Shown one piece after another: positions 25,330 to 38,351 of a stretch of DNA of 64,000 nt. The notes under the pieces were generated by a model, which did no database searches, was not told the origin of the DNA, and saw only the letters and a list, made by a program, of their open reading frames with translations. Each line of letters opens with the position of its first letter. The first letter of the stretch is position 1. The stretch is taken from assembly GCF_006345805.1 (NCBI RefSeq), contig NC_043003.1, forward strand, positions 67,332,001-67,396,000, read 5' to 3'. The position numbers and the translations under genes are program-made. This DNA is from Octopus sinensis. Taxonomy: Eukaryota.

Positions 25330-25545
25330 TATTGGATTTCAATTTCTGCACAAGCCAGGCAATTTCGGGAGATAGTGGAAGTCTATCAAAACTATTTTAG
25401 CGTTCAACTGGAGCCTATTTTATCGACCCTGAAAGGGAGGGATGAACGGGAAAGTCAGCCGCCGGTGGTATATGAACTCAGAACGTAAAGACGGACAAAA
25501 TGCCGCTGAGCATTTGGCCTGCTGACGATTCTGTCTGCTCGCCAT
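25330..25545 (-). mobile_element. SINE family A
   Basis: Reverse complement of the family A head (gatggcgagcagacagaatcg..gagttcatatacc) and body. Confidence 0.75.
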
Positions 25546-26394
25546 CTCACAGACGCATACTATTTCAGTTAATTCAACACTTAAAACCGACATATATCAA
25601 ATATAGTGTAGAGATTTGATCAATATTTCTACCTCCTTTTTTACTAAAGGCGTTGACTTTGTATCGTAGCTGCTAACGAAGGTGTTACGTCTGATGACGT
25701 AACAGACAAACATTTATTTTGATTTCCACTTCTCTTTTTTTGCGACAGATGAATGTCTTGTGCAAGAGAGAGAAAAAAAAACTTATATAATCTAGAGAAA
25801 TTCAATCAGTTTGTATTCAGTTTTGATATTCCGCATACTGCCATGAACGCCTGCAAATAAGTTAAGTACGTGTGCTATTGACAGCCAGGCTGGTTATAAG
25901 TAAACCACATGTTGTGTCAGCCGTTCGTATTTTCACCACAATAGCCGATTGTGTTCAGCTACATGAAAAATAATACACAATAACAAAATCAAGAATGATC
26001 ATGTTGTATGATGGTAGTAGAAGTAGCGTAATCATATCAGCTCGTTGGTTTACAGTCAAATCTTATTCCTGACAGGGAAATATGTTACATATAGTTAAGT
26101 GTGGTGTCTTCGGTAATAAGTGAAGCATTTAGACACAACGTACGCTTGCGATTCAGGGAAATCAATGAATGTGCTTAGCAAGCAAAACTTTCAATTCGAT
26201 TCATTGTGCTTCCCGATCCATTGGGGTTTTTTCGTGTCTATGAGAAAATGGAATATCATAGAAAGCGGATAATTAACCAGCTCACATATACATACAAACA
26301 TTCATACACACACACACATACATACATTCATACATACATACATACATACATACATACATACATACATACATACATACATACATACATACATACA

Positions 26395-26585
26395 TAGTGG
26401 AATGTACCAGTGAAGACCTCATTAAAATGTAAGTACAACAGTCCTGATATAATGATTTGGGATAGAGAAGAGAAGCTGTGCAGAGTCGTGGAAATTAGCG
26501 GCCCAGCGGGTGTTAACAGAAAGCTGAAGATCAGTGAAAAAGAGAACACCTATGCTGAACTATTGAGAAATCTTCAGTTATTCTA
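26395..26585 (+). mobile_element. R4/Dong-type REL fragment, subfamily B
   Basis: WNVPVKTSLKCKYNSPDIMIWDREEKLCRVVEISGP..EKENTYAELLRNLQL; starts immediately after a perfect (TACA)n tract. Confidence 0.8.
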
Positions 26586-26590
26586 ATCCG

Positions 26591-28212
26591 CTACCTGTCC
26601 ACTGGATGCACAACTCCAAGGCCTGGGTTATCAAGAGTCTTACTTTGAATTTGTTCCACTCATGCTTTATCACTGAAGCAAAGGAATATCTCTAATATGT
26701 TTGCATGGGATTCACGGTGTTGCTTGTTATGGATAATGCTTGTGATCTCTCTTTGGATTTCAGTCACGCGGGAGTTAAAGTAGAGTTCCTCCCTGCCAAT
26801 AACCACCTTCTCCAGCTTATGAATCAAGGCGTGACCCGTGCCTTCAAGGCACTCTAAACTCGGAACTCTTTCCAACACCTTGTGGACACAATGGATTCGG
26901 ATGAGAATTTCAAGTTAAAGGAGTACTGGCGTAACTTCACGATCGCAAAGTACCTGTTAGTTATCCACGCTGCTCTTAAAGACATGAAAAAGAAACCCTC
27001 ATCGCATGCTGGAAGATGCGGCCAGAGTGTGTCCCGGACAACGAGGGCTTCTCACCTAAAGATATTCAGCACGAGGCTGTCAACAATGCAGTGAAACTTG
27101 TAAAGGTACTTGGTGGCGAAGGTTTTGACAACGCACATTTGAGGTCAATGACCACATCGATGCCCACTCTGAAACCTTGATAAACGAAGACTTGATAGAG
27201 TTAACGAAGTCTGCCAGTGAAGAGGAGGAAGAAGCGCCAGATCCAGAGGAAGAGGAGGGATGAGCTGGGCATGGCAATCGAAGTTCTGTCGGCCCTTTTA
27301 AAGACAGGAAAGGAATTTCAAGGAAAGAAGGAAACACGGTCTCCCCAATTTAAAAACGTCATTGGTGCTGCCATGAAGACATATAAAACTCTCCTCATCA
27401 CCATGAGGAAACAACGATAGCAGGAGGTGCAATGGCCCAGTGGTTACGGCAGCGGACTCGTGGTCGGAGGATCGCGGTTTCGATTCCCAGACCGGGCGTT
27501 GTGTGTGTGTATTGAGCGAAAACACCTAAAGCTCCATGACGCTCCGGCAAGGAGTGGTGGCGACCCCTGTTGTGCTCTTTCGCTACAACTTTCTCTCACT
27601 CTTCCTTCCTGTTTCTTATCCCCGACTTCCTACGCAGCCGCTAAGCATGGATGCACATTCATCCATACCTCGATGCTCTCGGTGTCGGGGGTTCACCTGC
27701 TTTCTCTTCTGCGGGTCTTACTAATAGCAAAGGACCACGTTTCGGACTTCTCCCACTCTGAGACGAAGACCGCTTCGCTCAATAAACAACCAAACAAATA
27801 AACAAACAACGACAGCAACTTCCCATCACAATATCCCTCAAACCCAGACAAAACGCGTGGCACGAAGATACGACATCCCTTAAAACACCTGAAGAAGAGG
27901 CGTCACCTGAAGAGATTTAAATCGTCTATGCTGTGCAGTCATTACCTTCATTGTTTTCATCGTCATCGTCTTAAATCAATATCATTCATTATTGGTGACT
28001 AACAATAAGTCTTACTTTAATCTTTATTAAATTATTATTTGTTCATTTCGTAAACTCTCCCTATATATATATATATATATAGTTATAATATTTTACGTTG
28101 TATTTTGACATTTATAATAAATATTTATGGAACACGTACTATATTCACGGTTGTTCACTTTTCGCGGGTACTCTAGGAACGGATCCCCCGCGAATACTGG
28201 GGAGCTACTGTA
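26591..28212 (+). mobile_element. Tigger/pogo-family DNA transposon remnant (DDE_1 transposase 3' half + right TIR), interrupted by a SINE
   Basis: LPVHWMHNSKAW..VLLVMDNA..VKVEFLPAN..QGVTRAFKAL..LKEYWRNFTI..acidic tail; right end ggaacggatcccccgcgaatactggggagctactg-TA resembles a Tigger TIR. Confidence 0.88.
27423..27803 (+). mobile_element. tRNA-derived SINE family C inserted in Tigger with 14-bp TSD
   Basis: A box tggcccagtggtt, B box ggtttcgattcc, (AAAC)-rich tail; flanks aaacaacgatagca (27409-27422) and aaacaacgacagca (27804-27817). Confidence 0.85.
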
Positions 28213-28218
28213 TATATA

Positions 28219-28266
<48 letters not shown>

Positions 28267-28381
28267 GCTTATATACATAAATACATGCATATATATGTAT
28301 ATGTGTGTGTGCGAATATATATATAATTTGAATAAGCAAATTAAACAGTACGCATTTATATAAATTAATAAACATACATGT

Positions 28382-28424
<43 letters not shown>

Positions 28425-29589
28425 ATATATATATACACGCACACACACATATACATATATATGCATGTAGTTATGTATATAAGCATGTATGTATAGATTG
28501 TGTGAAGTGGGGTACATGTTTTATATATTAAGAAAAAAGTTGTTAGGAACTGGATAAATGTTATTTGTGTAGCTCTTTCAAGCCTTCGAGGAATTCATCA
28601 AGAATCATTTTTTAGAGAAAATTCATAATGTTTATATATGAATTAGTTGAACTTGTTTTCTTGTGGTTTTGGAAGTGGATGTTTAGGAAATGATTGAGAT
28701 GTTCTTTGTTATGAATATGTCAGTGTGCATGTGTGTGTGTGCATGAGTGTGTGTGTTTTTGTGTGTGTGTGTGTTTATGTTTGTGTGTATACAAAACCCA
28801 AGAAAACAAATTTTGCTCCCGATGTTCTCAGATAACTTACAAATAAAAGTTATGAATATCATATAAAAAATTATTTATGATGAATTCCTCAAAGGAAGAA
28901 GAAGACAAAATTAATTTTTATCCAAATCTTGACTACCTCCATTCGTCTTAATGTGTATGTGCGTGTTTGTTTGTGTATGTGTGTGTGTGCGTGTGTGAGT
29001 GTGTGTGTGTTTGTGTGAGTGTTGTGCGTGTGTGTTTGTACGTTGAAGTTTTAGCATTATTTATTAGAATTGATAATAATTTCCCTTCCAAATTCAAAAA
29101 CAAAATATCGTCCTCCTGAATATGTACCTCGCGTATTCAGAATATTCAAAATTACTCCTTGTATAATGTTCTCGATACGACAAGAGTTGAATGCGCTCCG
29201 TATGTGATTATGCTATGACAAATTTGTCTCTTATAGAACATTAATGACACTGTCATGAACATTGAATTGATTGATGTATACTTCAATTGTGAGATAGCTT
29301 ACTGTCAGAGAAATTAATTTTATTTCAAAAGTCATTCTAAAGCAACCAAGGTCCTGCTTACTGTCTTATGAATTGTATGACAGCCTAAGCGTGCTCTGAA
29401 AATTCTTGCCATACTCTCTCGGTACCTAAGTCTGCTACGGGCTCACTCCCTCTATTTTTCAAGCTAGAATCAATAATAGCGCTTTGTAATAACTTTACTA
29501 TGTATTGATAGAACTTCAGTTAAGAGGATTTGAACTTTCTTTTCTTTCTTTTTTGTTTTTTTTTTAGGTTCCTTACTTAACATCATGTC

Positions 29590-29950
29590 AGGCGGTGAAC
29601 TGGCAAAACTGTTAGAGATTTGGACGACATGCTTTGTGGAATTTTTCCGACCCATTATGCTTTAAGTTCGAATCCAGCTGAGAGAATATTTGGAGTTGAT
29701 GTAATTACCTAGCTGCCTCGCACCAAACGTCAGGCATTGTCCCTAGTGTAGGACAAGAATTTTACTTAGCATCATGTAAAGCAATGAGCTGGAAGAATCA
29801 TTAGAGCATGAAGGAAAATGCTTAGTGCCATTTTCTCCGGCTATTTATGTTGTGAGTTCAAATTTTGTCGAGGTCAAATTTGTGTCTCATTTTTCCGAAG
29901 TCGGTAAAATAAAGTACCAGTCAAACACTGGGTTACATGTAATCGTCTTA
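29590..29950 (+). mobile_element. Two decayed SINE family A copies (29590-29690 and 29787-29950)
   Basis: ggcggtgaactggcaaaactgttag and gagctggaagaatcattag..gagttcaaattttgtcgaggtc..agtaccagt resemble the family A consensus. Confidence 0.6.
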
Positions 29951-30778
29951 TCACGTTATTTAAAGCTGCCACAATTTGAAACCATTACTCATCATAATGT
30001 ATCGCAAGGCAAATGATTTTGAAAACAGATTTTTTTAAAAAATACTCAGAGAGGATTAGTTTAGATGCAAATTCTTTGCTTCATTAGACATTAATGACAA
30101 AGTGCCGCAATTCACAGACGGAACTATGGAGGAATCAGAGAAGAAATGATTCCATCAACGAGATACAATATAGAGAGACAAATAATAAGAAAGCAAATTA
30201 TGTCTGGAAATAATTCATAGACATTATGATTGAAAAGATGACAAACATTGAGAAATGACAATGGAGTTTTATGGAGATTCACACATGTCCACAGGAAATT
30301 GAAACTGAAATGGAAGTATTTGAATTTTAAGATTTATGTCTTTCTTATTCACGATGAATATTAGTGAAAAGAGAATTCCGTAATGTCTGATATATAGGAA
30401 AATCGTTACGACAAATAACTCTGTAACCAGCTTTGGCAACTGCAATTTCACTTCTATTGTGTGGCAGTAAATTGAAAAGATGAATGTTGCAATCTATTAC
30501 AATGCGGGAAAGTTTTAGCAACAATCCAAAGTAAATGAACATACACACATATACACGCGCGCAAGTAAACACACACGCACAAACGATTACCGAACAAAGT
30601 GTTAACAGAGACACACACATGTGTATATATTGTTTAATGTTTTTATCGTATGAGCGTAAGTATCTGTATGCGTGAATGCGTGTGTGTATATATATATATA
30701 TATATAATATATATATATATATATGTATATATATACCTTAATACTAAAATGCTTTTAGCGTAACTACGAATTGCTGTA

Positions 30779-30888
<110 letters not shown>

Positions 30889-31869
30889 GTTTGTATATAT
30901 AAATTATGTAAATATCTGTACACATACATTCGTAGTTTACTGTTTCGTCTAGGCAAGATCATCAATAAAATTACTGCATCCAGTGAGAGGCAAATATCAT
31001 TTAATGTGCAGATTATAAAGGTTCGAGCTACTAGTAGTTTCTTCCTTTGGAGACACGTATCTAGGCAGGTTTTCACGAGACGACGTGTCCCCAATCTTCA
31101 AAGAGATCGGTATAGTATGTTACTGTAATTTCTCAGTTACGATAAAAGCAATTTAGTATTAAGGTAAAGAATTACTAAATACTTTTTTTTTTTAGAGTTC
31201 TTACTTTTGTACTTTATCACCGACGTTTTGATGCTCCTGCCTCGAACTTGTATCTCCAACTTCATACTTTTTATACTGACGGAGATAAATGTCATGTTGA
31301 CCTTCAGCAGAAATGACTTGCGTTATTTGTCTGCACGGATGTCGTTCTATGTAGAGTAGGACAAATCTTGTTTTGTACCTTTTTATTTCTTTGCGGTAGT
31401 AGAAAACCTTACCAATCAGAAACTTTGCCGCAGACTTTTCCTTAGCATGAATCAAATTTTTCTCTTTGTCCCAGTGTTTGTATTTTATATTCTCAGTTTC
31501 CCTTTTACCTCACTTTTACTTTTTTGCTCGCATTTGCACCCGAATATTTACTGAATGCCACCATTTGCAAAAACCACATTTACATCACTTTTTTTACTTA
31601 GCAATTGAATTTATATTTTAAACTACTACGCCAAATGCCACTTTAACTTACAAGTGAGTTTTTATTAATGTGTGCCATGTTAATAAAAAGAAAAACTATA
31701 TTTGGTCTTGGTTGAAATTCGAACACAATATCAACACAATACGTCTTTTCGCTTAATTGAATAAAAGTATATTTAAAAAACGAAAAAAATATCATGTCGA
31801 GAAAGCGAGAAATCAGGAATATGTGAAGTGAGGAGTGTTGCACGTATTAGAAAATAGACGGAGACAAAG

Positions 31870-32103
31870 AGAGAGAGAGAATGAGCTGCACATACACATA
31901 CGCACAACCAGGAACGCAGAGAGAGATAGAGAGAGAGACAGTAAGAGAGGGAGAAAGAAAAAGAGGGAGACAGAAAGAGAGGGAGACAGAAAGAAAGAGA
32001 GAATGAGCTGCATATATACATACGCACAATCAGGAACGCAGAGAGAGAGACAGTAAGAGAGGGAGAAAGAAAGAGAGGGAGACAGAAAGAGAGAGAGAGA
32101 GAC

Positions 32104-32150
<47 letters not shown>
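31870..32150. repeat. ~125-bp tandem duplication embedded in purine-rich (GA)n sequence
   Basis: gagaatgagctgca(c/t)ata(c/t)acatacgcacaa(c/t)caggaacgcagagagag..acagtaagagagggagaaag occurs twice. Confidence 0.85.
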
Positions 32151-32153
<3 letters not shown>

Positions 32154-32624
32154 GGAGCGGTAACAAAAACAAAATTGCTACAGTAATGGAGGCGAAAAGG
32201 GACTGAAAGAGAAATAAATTGCCCCTTGTCAGAAAAAGTGAAAGAATAAGAGATGAAAGAAAGAGTTGATAGTTATTCATTGGTAGACGTACAAAAGATG
32301 AAAAGACAAGGAAACAGAAATATAAAGAAAAGAGATAGAATGGAATAAAGAGAGAGTAAAATAGAGATATATGTCGGCTGTAAGCAGGAAAGCTCACGAT
32401 GAGGAATAGGAAGAGATGCGGAAGTAAAACACATGGATTAACGCTGTAGTAGCAAAGGCGAACCAACTGTTAGCTTCAGACAAAAGACAAAGTAGGTGGG
32501 AGTAGACAGACATACAGACACGCAAACTGTCTAAAATAACAACTATATATGTGTGTGCGCATGAATGAGTGTGTGTTGTGTGCGTATAAACATATATGCA
32601 CATCCATTATGTTAGTATATATGA

Positions 32625-32705
<81 letters not shown>

Positions 32706-32730
32706 GTGTATATATATGTATATATATATA

Positions 32731-32769
<39 letters not shown>

Positions 32770-32844
32770 CATATATATAATATGCGTGTGTATGTATATA
32801 CATGTATGCCTGTATATGTATGTATGTATGTATATATACATACT

Positions 32845-32887
<43 letters not shown>

Positions 32888-33659
32888 GTCGGTTGTATAT
32901 GAGCATTTGTACCTATGTATGTACGTATGTATACATACATAATTATGTGTGTGTGTTTGCATGTGTGTGCGTGTGTGTAAATGTGCATGTGACTATAAAT
33001 GCGTGTATCTGTGTGCATGTGTAACGGAATTGCCAGCCATTCTTGTTTTTTGTTACTGTGATGCAACAAGGCGGAACTGAAAGTTTTTTGTTGTTATAAT
33101 CGTCAAAGAATAGAGCTATGCAAGTGGAATTCTCGCGAGCATAATGGCGTCCACGTCCACTTTCTCTTGTCCTTTTTCTTTATTATCCCGCCAAGCTTCA
33201 TAACAGAATAACTAAAGTCGCTTACATCGGCTTTAAGTTAGACGCCGATACCGCGTTAATGTCACATACCAAGATAATATAATATGAACGTTATTTCAGA
33301 ATTCTATCCCAGGTTTTTATACGGCGGAGGCGTGTCTTTGTGATTAAGCACTTTGCAACCACGTGATTTTCGATTCAGTCTCACGACGTGGAACTTTGGA
33401 ATGCTGTATTCTACAATAGACATGGACCGACCATTTAACTTGTGAGTGAAGAATCTGAGAGACGGAAAATCTGGAAGACTAATGTATGTATGCGTATATA
33501 TATATATATATACATCGTGGCACTCCGTCGATTACGACGACGAAGATTCCAGCTGATCCGTTCAACGGAACAACCTGCTGGTGAAATTAACGTGCAAGTG
33601 GCTGAGCTCGTGTTTCCTTAACATAGTTCTCGAGAAGATTCCACATGAAAAGGTATTAA

Positions 33660-33870
33660 TATGCAAGTGCAACAGAATCAGGAGGAAAGTGTGAGAGAAA
33701 GTTGTGGTAAAGGAATAGTCCAGAGTTCATCACCACCCTTTGCCGGAGCCTCGTGGGGCTTCGGGTGTTTCCGCTCAATAAACACTCACAACGCCTGGTC
33801 TGGGAATTTAAACCGTGATCCCACGACCACGAGTCCGTTGCCCAAACCACTGGGCCATTGCGCCTGCACA
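33660..33870 (-). mobile_element. SINE family C (duplicated at 35245-35452)
   Basis: Reverse complement of the 27423 head (gcgcaatggcccagtggtt..ggtttaaattcccagacc..ttgagcggaaacacc). Confidence 0.8.
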
Positions 33871-33908
<38 letters not shown>

Positions 33909-33952
33909 ACTCACACACATATATATATTTATATATGTGCACGGTGAATGAA

Positions 33953-34316
33953 GAAAGGAACAAGGCAACAAGGAAAGCTCAAGTTGAGGTATAAGGACAC
34001 CCTAAAAATCAACTAAATTGGTATGGGATCCAGCCTCGCAAACTCAAAATTGAAGCCACAAACAGGGCAATCTGAAGGTCAACCAGCTACGCTGCCGCAA
34101 CTTCCTTTGCAGAGGATAGGCGGCAACGTCTGGCAACGTCTGGCGGGCGCACGAGACAGATATCACTGCATCATCCGCAGTCCCGACCAAAGGCTGCCAG
34201 TGTCTAACATGCGGGCGTCTGTGTGCTTTCGGCTTTGGTCTGCGCAGCCACATATGTTCCTAAGCTGAATGCTGAGACCACCAACTACGTCTTCTTCGGA
34301 GATCGATGGACTACTG
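33953..34316 (+). mobile_element. RTE-clade (BovB-like) LINE 3' end (duplicated at 35536-35898)
   Basis: GKLKLRYKDTLKIN..GIQPRKLKIEATNRAI*RS..FAEDRRQRLA..CQCLTCGRLCAFGFGLRSHICS*, followed by a short 3' tail. Confidence 0.8.
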
Positions 34317-34401
34317 TAATGTGTGTGCGTATGTATGTAATGTATATATATAAGTATGTGTGTGTGTAAATGTATGTATACACACACAAATACATACATA
34401 T

Positions 34402-34458
<57 letters not shown>

Positions 34459-35447
34459 TTATATATACAGGTCGGTGTATATGAGCATTTGTACCTATGT
34501 ATGTACGTATGTATACATACATATTATGTGTGTGTGTTTGCATGTGTGTGCGTGTGTGTAAATGTGCATGTGACTATAAATGCGTGTATCTGTGTGCATG
34601 TGTAACGGAATTGCCAGCCATTCTTGTTTTTTGTTACTGTGATGCAACAAGGCGGAACTGAAAGTTTTTTGTTGTTATAATCGTCAAAGAATAGAGCTAT
34701 GCAAGTGGAATTCTCGCGAGCATAATGGCGTCCACGTCCACTTTCTCTTGTCCTTTTTCTTTATTATCCCGCCAAGCTTCATAACAGAATAACTAAAGTC
34801 GCTTACATCGGCTTTAAGTTAGACGCCGATACCGCGTTAATGTCACATACCAAGATAATATAATATGAACGTTATTTCAGAATTCTATCCCAGGTTTTTA
34901 TACGGCGGAGGCGTGTCTTTGTGATTAAGCACTTTGCAACCACGTGATTTTCGATTCAGTCTCACGACGTGGAACTTTGGAATGCTGTATTCTACAATAG
35001 ACATGGACCGACCATTTAACTTGTGAGTGAAGAATCTGAGAGACGGAAAATCTGGAAGACTAATGTATGTATGCGTATATATATATATATATAATACATC
35101 GTGGCACTCCGTCGATTACGACGACGAAGATTCCAGCTGATCCGTTCAACGGAACAACCTGCTGGTGAAATTAACGTGCAAGTGGCTGAGCTCGTGTTTC
35201 CTTAACATAGTTCTCGAGAAGATTCCACATGAAAAGGTATTAATATGCAAGTGCAACAGAATCAGGAGGAAAGTGTGAGAGAAAGTTGTGGTAAAGGAAT
35301 AGTCCAGAGTTCATCACCACCCTTTGCCGGAGCCTCGTGGGGCTTCGGGTGTTTCCGCTCAATAAACACTCACAACGCCTGGTCTGGGAATTTAAACCGT
35401 GATCCCACGACCACGAGTCCGTTGCCCAAACCACTGGGCCATTGCGC

Positions 35448-35491
<44 letters not shown>

Positions 35492-36076
35492 ACTCACACA
35501 CATATATATATTTATATATGTGCACGGTGAATGAAGAAAGGAACAAGGCAACAAGGAAAGCTCAAGTTGAGGTATAAGGACACCCTAAAAATCAACTAAA
35601 TTGGTATGGGATCCAGCCTCGCAAACTCGAAATTGAAGCCACAAACAGGGCAATCTGAAGGTCAACCAGCTACGCTGCCGCAACTTCCTTTGCAGAGGAT
35701 AGGCGGCAACGTCTGGCAACGTCTGGCGGGCGCACGAGACAGATATCACTGCATCATCCGCAGTCCCGACCAAAGGCTGCCAGTGTCTAACATGCGGGCG
35801 TCTGTGTGCTTTCGGCTTTGGTCTGCGCAGCCACATATGTTCCTAAGCTGAATGCTGAGACCACCAACTACGTCTTCTTCGGAGATCGAGGACTACTGTA
35901 ATGTGTGTGCGTATGTATGTAATGTATATATATAAGTATGTGTGTGTGTAAATGTATGTATACACACACAAATACATACATATATATATATATATATATA
36001 ATATATATATATATATATTATATATATGTATATATATATGTATATATGTATATATATATATATATATGTATGCATG

Positions 36077-36124
<48 letters not shown>

Positions 36125-36129
36125 ATCAG

Positions 36130-36291
36130 AATACAGGAGTGGCTGTGTGGTAAGTAGCTTGCTTACCAACCACATAGTTCCGGGTTCAGTACCACTGCGT
36201 GGCACCTTGGGCAAGTGTCTTCTACTATAGCCTCGGGCCAACCAAAGACTTGTGAGTGGATTTGGTAGATAGAAACTGAAAGAAGCCCGTC

Positions 36292-36336
<45 letters not shown>

Positions 36337-36560
36337 CGTGTGTGTGAGTTTGTGTTTGCCCCCCTCCCCCTCCCCCGACATCGCTTGACAAACGATAGTG
36401 GTGTGTTTACTTCCCCGCAATTTAGCGGTTCGGCAAAAGAGCCCGATAGATTAAGTACTAGGCTTACAAAGAATAAGTCCTAGGGTCGATTTGCTGGACT
36501 GAAGGTGCTGCTCCAGCATGGCCGTAGTCAAATGAACAAAACAAGTAAATGGGTAAAGAA
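36130..36560 (+). mobile_element. SINE family B, full length
   Basis: caggagtggctgtgtggtaagtagc..gggttcagtacc head, central microsatellite, tail ending gtcaaatgaacaaaacaagtaaa. Confidence 0.9.
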
Positions 36561-36576
36561 TAAAGAGTATATATGC

Positions 36577-36646
<70 letters not shown>

Positions 36647-37352
36647 CTAGATTGATATACATATGGTATAAGGGTTATTGGTAAGATGGTATTATAACAA
36701 TGTTGATGATAGAAATTAGATGGAACTCGCAAGTGTATTGTCCACCAGTATAGCTCCTTAGCATCTACATATTGCTACATGCACAAGTACCTCTGCATAT
36801 GCACATATTGTTTTAATGTACTTCTGCAGTTATCGAAACGTTGTGATTTCATTCAATAATATTTTTGGAAATACGTTATAACGTTTTTCATTGTTTTGTG
36901 ATAAATTGAAATATCTTTAAATAAATCTAACATAAATATAGAAAAATCGTACGGATTTAATGCTTTATTACATTATTACGTTACAATATTCTTGAACATA
37001 TTTGTAAAAACACTCGAAATTAGAGGAAATATATACAAGTGCATATTGAGACAGGCATGTTTAGACATATTGTCATGGACTCAATAAACAAGACCAAAAA
37101 TGAATGTCTTGTTTCGGTCTATGTATGCGTGAGTGTGCGTGTGTGTTATGTTCGTTCATATATATATAGATGGCAGAGGATGTGTATATACTGGAAACCA
37201 CAATGGAAACAAATAGAATGTGAGATACTTTATACGGTGTATATTTCAGGGGGAATGAAATATCATGAGAATTATACTCATGTATTCTATATTTCGAACA
37301 AGAAAAAAATACAGACGCGCACGCACAAACACACACACTCATACACACTCAT

Positions 37353-37562
37353 ATTAGTGGGTGCTAAAAAGTTCCTGGTTCTAAGGGTGAAAGGCCTTTT
37401 TCCTGGGCGAACCTCCACAGTTCATTTACAAAGCTTAGAGAAACTGAAGGACCACTGCAATACGCGTGTGAATCAGAGAATGCAATGTGGTGAATAGAGT
37501 CATGATTAACTTATAGTCTTGTATTTTACCCAAAAGCAAAAACTTTCAACACGCCCTTGTAT
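37353..37562 (+). mobile_element. Short mariner-derived non-autonomous element
   Basis: Ends ttagtgggtgctaaaaagttcctgg / aaaactttcaacacgcccttgta; internal KDHCNTRVNQRMQCGE* resembles a mariner C-terminus. Confidence 0.6.
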
Positions 37563-37613
37563 GTCTGTGTGTCGGCAAATGTATGTTTATATATATGTAC
37601 CTATATATATATA

Positions 37614-37648
<35 letters not shown>

Positions 37649-38153
37649 ATATATATATATATCATCTGTGTAATAATAATAATAATAATAATAATATAAT
37701 AATAATAATAATAACTGCCCTGATGCAGTACCAGGCAGTGACTCTCATGTGTTTTGATCTTAACTGATTGGAAGTGTTATCATGTACATATATTTGTCTT
37801 GGTATTAAATGTGGACTGCAGCAAATATTCTGCTCAATACCACATATTTGTTTGTCAATTGTTTGACCTTAACCATTTGAGCACGTCTCTTATTAGCTGA
37901 CGATATATGCATCTCTGATCACAAGCAGAAGTAGTGGGAGGAATTCTTTGGGGTTTGAATAATTCACCTTTGGAAACATGTGTGTTTTGTTCAACATCCT
38001 TAAACAATCCTTATTTTTCAACAAACTAAGCAATGCCTTTTTTCTTTCGAGGAATTATATGCTCCTTTATTTAGACTATTTTACTTAGTCATTGCACAGT
38101 GAGCACCATAAGCTTTAAGCTTCTATAAAAAGTACCATTATATACATACATAT

Positions 38154-38202
<49 letters not shown>

Positions 38203-38351
38203 ATATATATATATATAATATATATATATAATATATATATATATTATATTGCGTGAAATTTGATTTAGTATTTCTAAATTGAATGTTTTCCCTATAAGTT
38301 AGGATTAATATTCCCTCAAATAATAATCATATATATATGTATATATATATC

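Larger units (their letters stand above)
32882..36050. repeat. Near-identical tandem duplication, unit about 1584 bp (32882-34465 / 34466-~36050)
   Basis: Constant offset of 1583-1584 at anchors 33661/35245 and 34023/35606; both junctions lie in (TA)n tracts. Confidence 0.95.

Noticed and set aside
25683-25702. gttacgtc-tgat-gacgtaac containing CTGATGA
   Set aside because: Simple 8-bp palindrome; no GAAA, so not a hammerhead.
27423-27500. tRNA genes at SINE heads (also 52855-52950, 58319-58390 and others)
   Set aside because: A/B boxes are present, but I could not fold a full cloverleaf and each continues into a SINE body.
31020-31105. Hammerhead-like long hairpin with ttgaaga ... gaaactactagta on the minus strand
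   Set aside because: U3 without A8, a 5-nt insertion before GAAA and no stem I.
31813-32466. 217-aa minus-strand ORF rich in L/S/F
   Set aside because: It is the complement of a (GA)n purine tract and its duplication; no domain features.
32430-32500. TWINAVVAKANQLL, resembling a CR1/Jockey RT thumb motif
   Set aside because: Too short, with no flanking LINE homology visible.
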